Shown: positions 10,310 to 20,836 of the stretch, in pieces
How the letters are laid out: each line of letters opens with the position of its first letter
Position numbering within the stretch: position 1 is the first letter of the stretch
Origin: Lingula anatina
Taxonomy: Eukaryota; Animalia; Brachiopoda
Length of the DNA: 64,000 nt
Assembly: GCA_051362555.1 (NCBI GenBank)
Contig: CM120649.1
Coordinates: 2,542,001 to 2,606,000 of the forward strand
Direction: 5' to 3'
Notes under the pieces: generated by a model
What the model was told of the DNA's origin: nothing
What the model saw: the letters and a program-made list of their open reading frames with translations, nothing else
The model's database searches: none
Made by a program: the position numbers and the translations under genes

Positions 10310-13300
10310 TACTGTACTCTGAGTAGTCCATCTTCACATAAAAATGGGTCTAGGCGGTATAGTGAACTGGTTTTCTTGATTTGTTCGTTGCGATATCTTG
10401 CCTGTTTTCTCTCTGTGTGTTCACTGTTATCTTCTCTGTTAATTGCTTTCAGTATTTCAATTTCCTTCTCAAATGTAGCAGTCTGTGTTGACTTGAGAAT
10501 GATCTTTTCTGCCACTTGTATTTCTTGAACATTCAACGGTTCATTGTTTGTCTCAACTGTGTTCTGCTGTGTAGATTTCCTGTTCTTGGCTTTTTTCAGC
10601 TTCTGTATGAATCGTAAACACCACGTAACAACTCGTGTTGCTCTGTTCCAGGAAGAAAACCTTTTCAATACATCAGACAAGTGATCGTGGTTGGTTTCTA
10701 TTTTAGTAGCAAATACACTGACTTCAGATTTGCGTACTTCTGGGTCATCTGGTGCTAGTCTGAATTTGGTATTAGTGGTAGATAGTGGTTCATCAATGAG
10801 CAGGAAGTCTGGCCCATTCCACCACTGTTCGTTCTGTAGTAGCTCTGTCACACCTGTTCCCCTGGAGGCTATATCAGCTGGGTTGTCACTGGACTTAACA
10901 TGCCTCCATTGCGATGGCTGACTGACTTCTCTAATTTGTTGTATTCTATTAGCTACAAAGACATGAAATCTTTTAGCATCATTATTGACATACCCTAGAA
11001 CAACCCTGCTGTCAGTCCAATACACATGGGTGATGTCCTCATACTCTAACTCCTTGGCAAGAAAGGTCCCCACCTTTATAGACATCACTGCTGCTGACAA
11101 CTCTAAGCGTGGGACTGTCACTGGTTTAGAGGGAGCTACCTTGGACTTGCCCATAACTAATGTGGTTGCTATTCTTCCTGTGTTGCTTTTAAGTCTCAAG
11201 TAACTACACTGACCTAGGCCTTCTACACTGGCATCTGAGAAGTGATGAAGTTCTGCAGTAGTCACTTCACCAAAATCATTTGGCTTATAGCACCGTGGTA
11301 TATTCAACTTGGTTAAGTTCAGCAAATCTGAGCGCCATCTTTCCCATCTGCATCTAATACTCTCTGGCACTTGATCATCCCACTCTGCACCGTCTCTGCA
11401 TAGCTCTTGGAGAATTTTCTTACCGGCAAGGATGAATGGTGAGACAAGGCCTAAAGGGTCAAATATGGAACTTACAGTGGAGAGAATTCCCCTTCTTGTT
11501 AATGGCTTATCATTGATCTGGACCTTAAACTGAAAACTGTCCGCTTCTACACACCACTGTACTCCTAAAGCTGGGCATATTGGCAATGTGTCTCTGTTAA
11601 GGTCAATGTTTCTCATTTCTTTGGCTCGCTCTGACATTGGGATTGTATTCATCACTTCACGGTTGTTTGATACTAGCTTGTGAAGTCTTAGGTTACCTTT
11701 GTTCAGCAGCTCTCTTGTTTCACTAACAAGACGTATAGCTTCTTCACTTGACTCGATGCTCTTGAGTCCATCGTCCACATAAAAGTCATTCTTAAGAAAG
11801 GCAGTGACGTCTGGTGAATACTCATCTTGGTAGTCCTCTGCTAGTTTCCTCAGTCCATACAATGCGCATGCTGGTGAACTTAACGCTCCAAATATATGAG
11901 ACGTCATTCTGTATGTGATGGGATTAATACTGAGGTCACCGTCTTTCCACCATAGGAACTGTAAAAACTTTCTATCCTCTTCTTTCACTTTAAACCTGTG
12001 AAACATGTTCTCCATGTCACCCATGATTGCTACTGGCTGCTCTCTAAACCTCAATAAAACACCTATGAGCGAGTTATTCTGATCAGGTCCTTTCAACAGG
12101 CAGTCGTTTAGCGCAACATTTTCATGTTTTGCACTGGCATCAAACACCACTCGTAATTTCTCACGTTTCTTGGGGTGATATACACCATGATGTGGTAAGT
12201 ACCAACCTCCATCTTCATGAGGTGATTCTTCTGCATAGCATTTATCTTTGAGGTCCTGCATAAAACTGTTATAGTGCTCATAATACTTCGGGTTGTGGAT
12301 TAGCCTTTTCCTTAGCTGCTCTAGCCTGATCTCAGCTGCTGGTTTGTTGTTTGGCAATGCTGGATGTCCATCTTTAAATGGTAGTGGCATCTCGTAAAAA
12401 CCCTCGTTGAAATGTATGCCCTCCTCCATAATCTTCATGAACTTCTGGTCTTGAAGGCTTAGCCTTTCATCTTTCTGTTGGTCGAAACCTTCGTCAAAGA
12501 GACTGCAAACCTCAGCGGGGCTGATCTCTGTCACTTGTGTTCTAAAGGCAAAGGCATGTGTTGCAAAGCTCTTGTTCTCATCTATGGGTCTTGATTTGTC
12601 CACTGGCCCTACTATACCCCAACCTAGGTTACATCTGTATGCATATGGCTCCTCTCCTCTACCATGTACGTATTCCAGACCTCTAATGGCTTTCATGCAG
12701 TTTACTCCCAACAGCAGCCCTACCTCTATGTCTGGGCGATAAGGAGTAATCTTATCAGCAATTGAGTGCAAGTGTGGCCATTTCTTAGCAGTTTCTGGTC
12801 TGGGTATCTGTGATCGCTTAACTGGAATGGAGTCTCTGGAGTATGTATCTGGGAGCTCAATTAATGTCTCTTGGTTCAGACCTCTCACAACAAGTCCTCT
12901 AACTTTCCTGCTCGGGACGGTTTTTTCTCCAAGTATGGTTGAAAGTCTGATGTCTACATGCTTCCCTTTACATTCGAGTTCACTGAGGGTCGAGGACTTT
13001 ACAAAGCAGGCATCTGACTGCTCGTCTAGTACTGCATATACCACTGAATAAATGTCTGGATTATCCTCGTGGTGCACTACAACTGGCACTATCATGGAAT
13101 GCACATTCTCAGAACTGTGGGTGGTATGGCATTCAGCTGCTCCCACTACTTTACTAGTGTAATTGTCATCGTGTAGAATTGTTGGATGATAAGAGTTACA
13201 TTTTTGGCATTTCATTTTATTTCTGCATTCATGTTTTCTGTGACCATATGCAAGGCACCCAAAACATAAACCATTATTCTTTATAATGCTGATTCTTTCA

Positions 13301-14235
13301 TCCATTGTCTTTTCTTGCATTTCTGGGCATTGGTGAAGTTTATGTTGTTCCTTGCATAATATACACTTGTGAACGTGTCTTTCGTTGCTGGATGCAGAGG
13401 TACTAGACAGTACTGTTTGTGCTGGAACTCTTCTCCTTGATGCTGGTATAGGTCTCTCTGGTGGCGGTGGAACCTTTCCAAAAATGGGGTCAGCCAATTT
13501 TCGTGCTTCTTTCTGCACAAAATCGACGAAAACCTGAAAGGTTATCTTCTGTCCCCTTTCCTTCCTTTCATATACTATAATGCTTCTCCATTTATCATGC
13601 AATTTGAGCGGCAGCTTCGTCATTAGCCTCTTAAGGTTATCAGGATACTCGAGGACTGGAATGGCATCTATTTCTTTTACTGCATATTCACATTCCCTTA
13701 AAAATATGCCGTATTTGTCTAGTGCGACATAATCATCATGCTTTATCACTGGCCACTGTAAGGCACGGTTTATATACGATGTCGCAATCTGTTCTTGGTC
13801 CCCATACCTTCTCTCAAATTCCTTCCATGCGGCCTTGAAACCAATGGATGCATCTAAGTGAACGAATCCTAGCGTAATTTCATGAGGCTCACCTCTGGTG
13901 TATTGCAGTAGATAGTTCAGTTTTTCATCGTCAGAGTCGCATGTTTCTATGATTCTACTTTTGAACTGTCTCTTAAACAGCACATATTTGATCGGGTCAC
14001 CTTCAAATACTTGAATCTGAATTCTTGGTTTACTGAGTTCCTTTGCTATCGTAGTTTGCTCACACAAAGTGAGTGGGGCACAAGATGTTAGTGCGTTTTT
14101 GGGCGTAGATGGCTTTTTTATATTTGACTTTGTGAAGTTAAAATGCTTTTCCAACTCACACATCGTTTGGTCTATATCCGACTCTACCCTTTTCAGTTCT
14201 GCTTGCAGAAGTATCATTTCTGCTTGTGTTGCCAT
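10309..14235 (-). CDS. BEL/Pao gag-pol polyprotein (gag with Cys/His knuckles, protease, RT, RNase H), ended early by a frameshift
   Basis: DUF1759-like gag; CxxC..H..C knuckles; protease AVLDEQSDACF; RT motifs LPHHGVYHP, RVVFDASA, FYVDD; Pao RNase H ELHHFSDAS...PRLEL...DNPADIASRG. Confidence 0.93.
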   Translation of the reverse strand: MATQAEMILLQAELKRVESDIDQTMCELEKHFNFTKSNIKKPSTPKNALTSCAPLTLCEQTTIAKELSKPRIQIQVFEGDPIKYVLFKRQFKSRIIETCDSDDEKLNYLLQYTRGEPHEITLGFVHLDASIGFKAAWKEFERRYGDQEQIATSYINRALQWPVIKHDDYVALDKYGIFLRECEYAVKEIDAIPVLEYPDNLKRLMTKLPLKLHDKWRSIIVYERKERGQKITFQVFVDFVQKEARKLADPIFGKVPPPPERPIPASRRRVPAQTVLSSTSASSNERHVHKCILCKEQHKLHQCPEMQEKTMDERISIIKNNGLCFGCLAYGHRKHECRNKMKCQKCNSYHPTILHDDNYTSKVVGAAECHTTHSSENVHSMIVPVVVHHEDNPDIYSVVYAVLDEQSDACFVKSSTLSELECKGKHVDIRLSTILGEKTVPSRKVRGLVVRGLNQETLIELPDTYSRDSIPVKRSQIPRPETAKKWPHLHSIADKITPYRPDIEVGLLLGVNCMKAIRGLEYVHGRGEEPYAYRCNLGWGIVGPVDKSRPIDENKSFATHAFAFRTQVTEISPAEVCSLFDEGFDQQKDERLSLQDQKFMKIMEEGIHFNEGFYEMPLPFKDGHPALPNNKPAAEIRLEQLRKRLIHNPKYYEHYNSFMQDLKDKCYAEESPHEDGGWYLPHHGVYHPKKREKLRVVFDASAKHENVALNDCLLKGPDQNNSLIGVLLRFREQPVAIMGDMENMFHRFKVKEEDRKFLQFLWWKDGDLSINPITYRMTSHIFGALSSPACALYGLRKLAEDYQDEYSPDVTAFLKNDFYVDDGLKSIESSEEAIRLVSETRELLNKGNLRLHKLVSNNREVMNTIPMSERAKEMRNIDLNRDTLPICPALGVQWCVEADSFQFKVQINDKPLTRRGILSTVSSIFDPLGLVSPFILAGKKILQELCRDGAEWDDQVPESIRCRWERWRSDLLNLTKLNIPRCYKPNDFGEVTTAELHHFSDASVEGLGQCSYLRLKSNTGRIATTLVMGKSKVAPSKPVTVPRLELSAAVMSIKVGTFLAKELEYEDITHVYWTDSRVVLGYVNNDAKRFHVFVANRIQQIREVSQPSQWRHVKSSDNPADIASRGTGVTELLQNEQWWNGPDFLLIDEPLSTTNTKFRLAPDDPEVRKSEVSVFATKIETNHDHLSDVLKRFSSWNRATRVVTWCLRFIQKLKKAKNRKSTQQNTVETNNEPLNVQEIQVAEKIILKSTQTATFEKEIEILKAINREDNSEHTERKQARYRNEQIKKTSSLYRLDPFLCEDGLLRVQ

Positions 14236-14294
14236 CTTTTCTAAATACTATGCTGATCGTCTTTCACTAAATCGTCGCTGAGTTTCTACTGTTA

Positions 14295-14898
14295 GACTTG
14301 CCCTTCAAGAAATCAACGGAAAATAGCTCTTTTTCAATTTTGAATGGGCACTGTAGAAAACATATAACAGCTAAAGCTCTCAAATTAAGCACATATGTGT
14401 GATATCATGTGAAGAATAAGTTCTGTAAATTTCAATCCAAGCAGTTGAGTACATTTTGAGACAGAACGCTTAAAATGTGCAGCAAACCGTAACGCTAATC
14501 CCTTCAAGATCTCGACGAAAACCGGAAGTGCGTCATGACGTCACTCGCTTCTACTTGGAAAGCTGCTGTGTGATTTTCCGATGAGAAATATTTCGTGGCT
14601 CATACAAATGTTCGGAAAATGACCATGCAGATAAAAGAAAATTCACTAATCAAAATTGAAACTGCGTAATTAAAAAACATTGTGCATTCCTGACCTCGAC
14701 TTGTCAGTGTAAACAAAGTGTACTGAACGCAGCGCAAGCAAGCACGTGAATGCCGCGTTTGATACTTTGTATCAGACGCTTCGTTTTACTTGACAACACA
14801 GTGTTTACGATGGGCATGACAGGAAAAATAGTGCAAAAAACAAGCACTTCCGGTTTTCGTCGATTTCTTGAAGGCGTCGATTTCTTGAAGGGCGAGTC
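14295..14898. mobile_element. MITE inserted in the BEL 5' LTR, with TA duplication
   Basis: TIRs GACT(T/C)GCCCTTCAAGAAATC. It splits the LTR end TGTTA|CGAATAAG and is flanked by TA on both sides (14293-14294, 14899-14900). Confidence 0.8.
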
Positions 14899-16402
14899 TA
14901 CGAATAAGCAAACTTCTTTAGTCTTTTTCACATCTATTTTATTTGCTTGTCATTGAAATTGTCACGTAGAAACTGAAATGAACAAAATACATCAAATTAA
15001 GAAATTATCCTTAAATTATGTTACAATTACAACTTATAAAGTTCTTATTAACTGTTTAAATTACTAAATGATTCATAAAGTCTTACCTCATTGCGGGAAT
15101 TAGTGACTTTTAATGATCAGAACATAACTATGATAAGCGCGTGCTCTAGTGAAAAAAGTAAAACGCTATCTCCACCGATGTGCATAACAGCTAAGACGGG
15201 CCAAACCTTAACACTAATCTTGGTGCGTAACAAATATATAATCGAGTCGACCTACATGTACTTTATGCATTGTACTGCACGTTGAAAGTGTGTCGCAGAG
15301 CTTCGACGGAATCATATGAAACTCGAGGACACTGGGTCATTTTAGATTTTTATTAATGTGTTTTTATTAATAAGTTTGTTAAGCAGTATAGTAGGGGCCT
15401 TACGATATGGGCATGTCATAGAGAATTTCATATACGCCCTCAGCAAGTACAACTGAGACAAGTAATTGGTTTAGGGTTAGAGTATCAAAACGGGTCAATA
15501 TTCCAGATTGTTGATTAGGGTTTTTATACCAATGCATTTTCAGTGCACCCTAGATAAAAAAAACAGGTTTTTGCATGGTCTGCCCTTCTCTATCTCTTAA
15601 TTCTCACGCCTCTCTCTCTGTTTCTCTCTCTCATATAAAACACGGAAGCTTTGGTGTATCCATACTGTAGCAAATGTCAAAACAAAATCACCGTCGGAGG
15701 AATAAACATTTATTTACACTCGTCTAGAAACAATCAATATGGCGACGGTGAACTGAAATTTGATTGAAACAAATGAAAGAAAAAGAATAAACAAAATATA
15801 AATTTTAACTTAATAAAAATATCACAATGAAGACACCACAATACAACACATACCTTAAATATCTATAAAAATACGTACATAACAATGCTGTCTCCACTCT
15901 TTCGCGTACAGTACTAAGTGTGTTACAACCATGACAATACATGGTGACGTTTTATTACCAACAGAACACTAATCATCCTACATATGAGGGCGCCACTCAC
16001 ACCAAGACGAGACAACACAAAGTAAACAAGACAAACAACAAAAACAAACAAAGCAAAACAAAACATAAAAAATTGCCGACGACACATACCACACGGGGCT
16101 TACAAACATCTACTTGTTTTATCGTGGTGATATTAGACTGTACAGCACCAGGACGAGTCACGGATAATGTGACTTCCTCTACGTGCCCCTGTCTTCCTCG
16201 TAACCACAATGTTAAAATACAACTTGTCATATAAACATTGGTCGACACCACCGCGTTAGGACCCAAAATCACGAGCATAAGATTTAATCGAAGACGTTTA
16301 TCTCTCAAGCCAGTCAGATAAGATAACAGGCCTACCCAACTACCAGACGCGGCACCTACGGATCCAGAATAAACCGGTATATCAGACCACACTACCCGTT
16401 TT

Positions 16403-16575
16403 CAAGGTGTGTGTCAGATCATATTACGGAGTATCATACCCCATCAGAAAATTTTGTAAGCCTTCAGTTGTACCTGTCATCCGGGTAGCACTTAGGATCA
16501 TCGCTATCACATCGTGCGCCAGGCAAAATGGGTGAAGTGGCTGATACTCCGTAATGCGATCTGACACACACCTTG
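16403..16575. mobile_element. MITE (~170 bp)
   Basis: ~34-bp TIRs CAAGGTGTGTGTCAGATC..TTACGGAGTATCA and reverse complement. Confidence 0.65.
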
Positions 16576-17736
16576 TTGTTCTATAAAATTTTAGTGCAGT
16601 TTGTGTTATTTATCTTTTTTAATTTTTTAGTTTTCCTCTCCATTCCCAGCTTTTCATTAGAAATACCATTCAGAATCAAATGCATTTCACTTTTAAATCT
16701 GCAATAAGCACTGGAATGATTTTGAATATTAATAGCACATTCTGAGACCACCACGTCGTCAGAATTATCATTAAAAAGTAGATTTATTCCACGTTGTACT
16801 TGTCACTGAAAGGCAACAGGTAAACCATTGCGCGTTTGTCTTTGAAATATCCCAACTTGAGGGAGTGGCCCGGTCGGACTGGCAGAATGGTCAGTGGCAA
16901 CGTTTGATTGAAATCTGTTCAAGCAATTTGACCTTCCACGACAAGTGCTAAGCTAAATAATGACAATGTTTTAACAAATTTTCCTTTCGTAAGCAATTGA
17001 CGGGAGTTGGCCCCCGAGTTCATTCTTCAGTATATTTAGAGAGTGTGATATTGGAACGCTTTATTCGGTTGAAGGGGTGTTTTACGGTGAAATGATTTTT
17101 TTCTCTCGGTATATGCATGTCAAACACTACACTGCCGCCCTCTCAAGACATATGACATGAATACCTTTTCACTGAGGCTCCAGATGTTCTGGGATACATC
17201 ACTCGAGTGAAAGGATATTGTCTTATATCTATCCCACACACAGACCGTGGCACCCATGGCCGTCACACCAATCAGCGAGCTGAGAAATCTACAGGACCAC
17301 ACCCTCTCGCTCTCTCCTTGTCAGTGAGGTACGTGACATAATATTAAAATAGTATATAGGTTATTAATCAAAAATAACATTACAGGTGATACAGTACTGT
17401 GTTTTGTTAGCTACGATTTTATATCATAAATAACGCAATAATTGAATAGACCGACTGTCGTGAGTAACATATACATGTAAGATCGGGACGAATTACTACT
17501 ACTACCAGTTCTTTCATATTGTATTGAAATTGTGATGTGGAGCGTCAGTGAAGTCATGAAAATAATCTCTCCATCCCCCCCCCCCATCATTCCTTCTTAC
17601 TGCGTTTCTTTTCCTACCCCTTTCTCTCTCTGTATTAAGTTTATTAACAATTTACTCAAAAGGGCTCCGACGAGACTCAATATTCGACCAATGTATGCGA
17701 GATACAGATAAAAGCTATGGCCCCGTGTCTTTCCAG

Positions 17737-17891
17737 GTTGCTGTACTACGCCATGAAGACTGCCTCCGTTAGCTACGTTTTGGCCATTGCCATTATGGCT
17801 GCCTGTGTGGAGTTTATTGGTATGTTCTTAGCCATTACAGGACCCACTATCCACGCATGCAGGGTCGTCGGTCTGTTCAGTTTCTTTGCAG
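17737..17891 (+). pseudogene. Orphan signal-peptide exon (ATG 17753, donor GTATGT 17820) with no adjacent SH3BGRL exon
   Basis: Same exon as 1961-2043 with intact acceptor and donor. The downstream sequence jumps at CAGG (~17840) to sequence matching 25822 onward. Confidence 0.6.
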
Positions 17892-18329
17892 GTATTGTGT
17901 GTAGGGGGTTTGACGCTAGATGGCGCTCATATACTAGTACGAACAATCAAGGCCAACTCACATGATCCACAGTGATCAAAATGGCGGACGTGAATCGAAT
18001 ACTACTGTTGTCACTCGAATACTACTGTTGTTAGCCATTATTGTAATTCGCTATACTAGCCTACAGTACTATAGTACAACACCTGTCAACTCTTCTCAAT
18101 CTGTCAATCGCAAGCACTTTCAGTGTCAGAATTTCGCGGTACTGACTGTGACGTCGGCGCAAGGGTAGCCAAGACCATTGGCATGAGCGCCCATTATCGT
18201 CAAATCGAATTTTGGCTTCTAGTTACGTTTTCACGACTAGTCGTATTTTGCCGTCTGATCTGATAACTACGACGTCTAATCGTGTTTTCAATTTTTGGAG
18301 AAACCTCCACCCATGAGGTGGAGAGCCCA

Positions 18330-20060
18330 ACTTCCCCGCCTGATCCCTGTGAGTACAGGTTGCAAACCACTATTAAAAATCCCATTCACTTCCATTGTAA
18401 CGTTTAATTCTCTTAAAATACTTTCCATGCTTCAACAATCGCAACACTTCTGGTTTGAACACTTCTACCCAAGTCCTAAAAACATTTTAAAAATCAGGGT
18501 ACATTGATGGTGTAGCCTTCCAGTGACCTGACATGACTTTTAAGGTGCTACCGCCAGTCGGCTGAAATAAGCACTAAAATGCAGCAGAGGGGATTGTAAA
18601 CCTGGCCCCAGGCAGTAAAATTTCATCTTGATATAAAAAATAACACACCAAATTAAAGGTTAATTTCTAAATTTAATTTTAAATATTTCAAATGATCCAA
18701 AATTGAAAAATAAACTCATTTTCATCATATATGCAAATGTCTTGCTTCAAAGTTACCAAACAAGGAAGGCCAGAAGTGACGTATCGTCTACGACTCATAC
18801 CACAGCCACTGAGCACACGAACAAAAAATCGTGCCTCGATGTGAAACTAGACAACTTTGGTGTTTTTAGCCTCCAAGTTCTACATAATATCAATTTGTCT
18901 AATAAATAAGACGATGTAGGGTTTTATGTTTAATGATGTGTGATTAAATTAATTATCATTAAAGATCCCAATTACAACCAAGAAGTATTTTGGTTTAGCG
19001 CTTTTTAGATTTTTAATAAAACATTTAATTTTTACGAGGCTATAAATCATCTCCTGTAGATTAGTGACTTTGCCTCGCTTTCGAGAAATTAAATTTGTTG
19101 ATCATTTCGTGGCATCGAAAGTTAAATGCGTTACGTCGATCCTTGTTGGGTTTTCTGACATGTAGTGCCTAAAATTAACCTTCCTACATTATTTAATGCA
19201 ATTAGAAATAACATTCACACTAGCGACCAAGCACTGTGTCTTATTTATCAAGGGTGAGAGAGTGGTGGAAAATTTCCTAAGGTACACATATAGCTAACAC
19301 TATTAATACAAGAGGCAAATACCAACAAAATATTTCCAATATAATTTCTCAAAACGACACCAGGAAGCAAATTAGATTAAATCATACAAACGGTTAACAC
19401 CGGCTGGCTTTGTCAATTTCACCCACTTTTTTACTGCAAACAAAACACTTTTGCGCATGCGCAGTCGTTTGAATCCTGTGCTTAGCTACCGTGCAGACGT
19501 GTACGGTACCAGAGACGAACAAAAACAAAATAGAGACACAATACACAGTGTTCTACAATCTCACTCCGTAAGTAGTGAATACTTTAATAGCATATTTATA
19601 TTTACAGTTGACACCATACGGTGTTTTAAGTATAATATGGGCATATAATAAATAAAGCAATAGTGAAAAGACATCTTGTAGCGTCACAAATATGTAATCG
19701 AGTCGACCTACTTTATGCATTGTACAGTACATTGAAAGTGTGTCGCAGAGCTTCGACGGAATCATATGAAACTCAAGGACACTGGGTCATTTTAGATTTC
19801 TGTTAATGTGTTTACACTACAGTTTGTTAAGCAGTATAGTAAGAGCCTTACGATAGACGTGCCATAGGGAATTTCATATACGCCCTCAGCAAGTAGAACT
19901 GAGACAAGGAAGGTGGTTTAGGGTTAGTGCGCCTATATCGAATGTGTCAATATTCAAGATTTTTGATAAGTGAGTCATCCTTTAGGACAATTGAAGTTTT
20001 TTACCAATGCATTTTCAGTGCAACCAAGCTAAATAACTGGTCTTTGCGTGGCATGTCTCC
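18330..20060 (+). repeat. Segmental duplication unit, near-identical to ~51630-53350; older paralogs at ~6900-8470/15214-15600 and ~56130-56650
   Basis: Long colinear matches read directly from the sequence. Confidence 0.85.
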
Positions 20061-20094
20061 CTCTATCTGTACTCACGCCTGTCTCTCGTTTCCT

Positions 20095-20148
20095 TCTCCC
20101 TCCCTCTCTCTCTCACTCTCTCTCTCTCTCTCTCTCTCCCTTCTCCCT

Positions 20149-20187
<39 letters not shown>

Positions 20188-20205
20188 TCTCTTCCTCCCC
20201 CTCCC

Positions 20206-20257
<52 letters not shown>

Positions 20258-20276
20258 CTCCCTCTCTCTCCCTCTC
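20095..20276. repeat. (CT)n microsatellite
   Basis: Long imperfect CT tract; shorter homologous tracts at ~1833, 15610, 24775, 43553, 53411 and 56627. Confidence 0.95.
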
Positions 20277-20617
20277 ATATGAAACACGGAAGTTTTAGTG
20301 TGTCCTAAAACGTGGGGCTTAAAACATCTACTTGTTTTATCACGTTGATATTGGACTGTACAGGACCAGGATGATTCACAGATAATGTGACTTGCTGTAC
20401 GTGCCTCTGTCTTCCTTGTAACCACAATGTTAAAATGCAACTTGTCATATAAACATTTGCCGACACCGCGGCGTACTTTTGATCCATAACCAGGAGAATA
20501 AGATTTAATCGATGGCGTTTATCTCTCAAGTCAGTCAGATAAGATAGAATTTATTCAGCCATTTATAAAAATCTATTTTTCTTTGGAACAATGATTGATG
20601 CCTTTTTTGCTTTACAG

Positions 20618-20655
20618 ATTGCGATCGTCTGCCCACAATGGGAATCTAGGTGTAA
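20618..20655 (+). pseudogene. Truncated SH3BGRL exon start (uORF M-G-I-stop, 20638-20649) fused to the 5' UTR of TRIM-NHL copy 1
   Basis: 20535-20654 aligns with 59375-59508 (acceptor TTTACAG|ATTGCGATCGTCTGCCCACAATG), then switches to sequence homologous to the TRIM leader at ~40070-40236. Confidence 0.75.
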
Positions 20656-20836
20656 AGGACACCAGAAACCGTGTCAGATGACATGGTCTGATGTTCGTGT
20701 ATATATGATCCAGAAGCAGTGTTAACCAGTTTAGTCACAGACAGAAAAGGCCACGGAAAAACGCGACATCATGAAGTGACGAGACTAATTATACAGCCTT
20801 TTGGCTGTGTGTAAACCTTATATTCGGTTTAAAGTC

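Larger units (their letters stand above)
8478..15213 (-). mobile_element. Full-length BEL/Pao LTR retrotransposon
   Basis: TGT...ACA LTRs at 8478-8795 and 14290-15213 (the latter split by a MITE); 5-bp TSD CTAAT (8473-8477, 15214-15218); PPT-like AGGGAAGCCA next to the 3' LTR; empty paralogous site at ~56198. Confidence 0.95.

Noticed and set aside
10261-10320. Programmed ribosomal frameshift between the BEL ORFs
   Set aside because: BEL pol is normally continuous here, there is no slippery heptamer, and a 5-bp insertion explains the break.
15468-15481. Telomere-like GGTTTAGGGTTAG (also ~19914, ~53240, ~56441)
   Set aside because: Only about two units, carried passively in the duplicated segment.
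20801-20836. N-terminal extension of TRIM copy 1 in the ORF track
   Set aside because: Starts at TTG; paralogs begin at the aligned ATG (20837).
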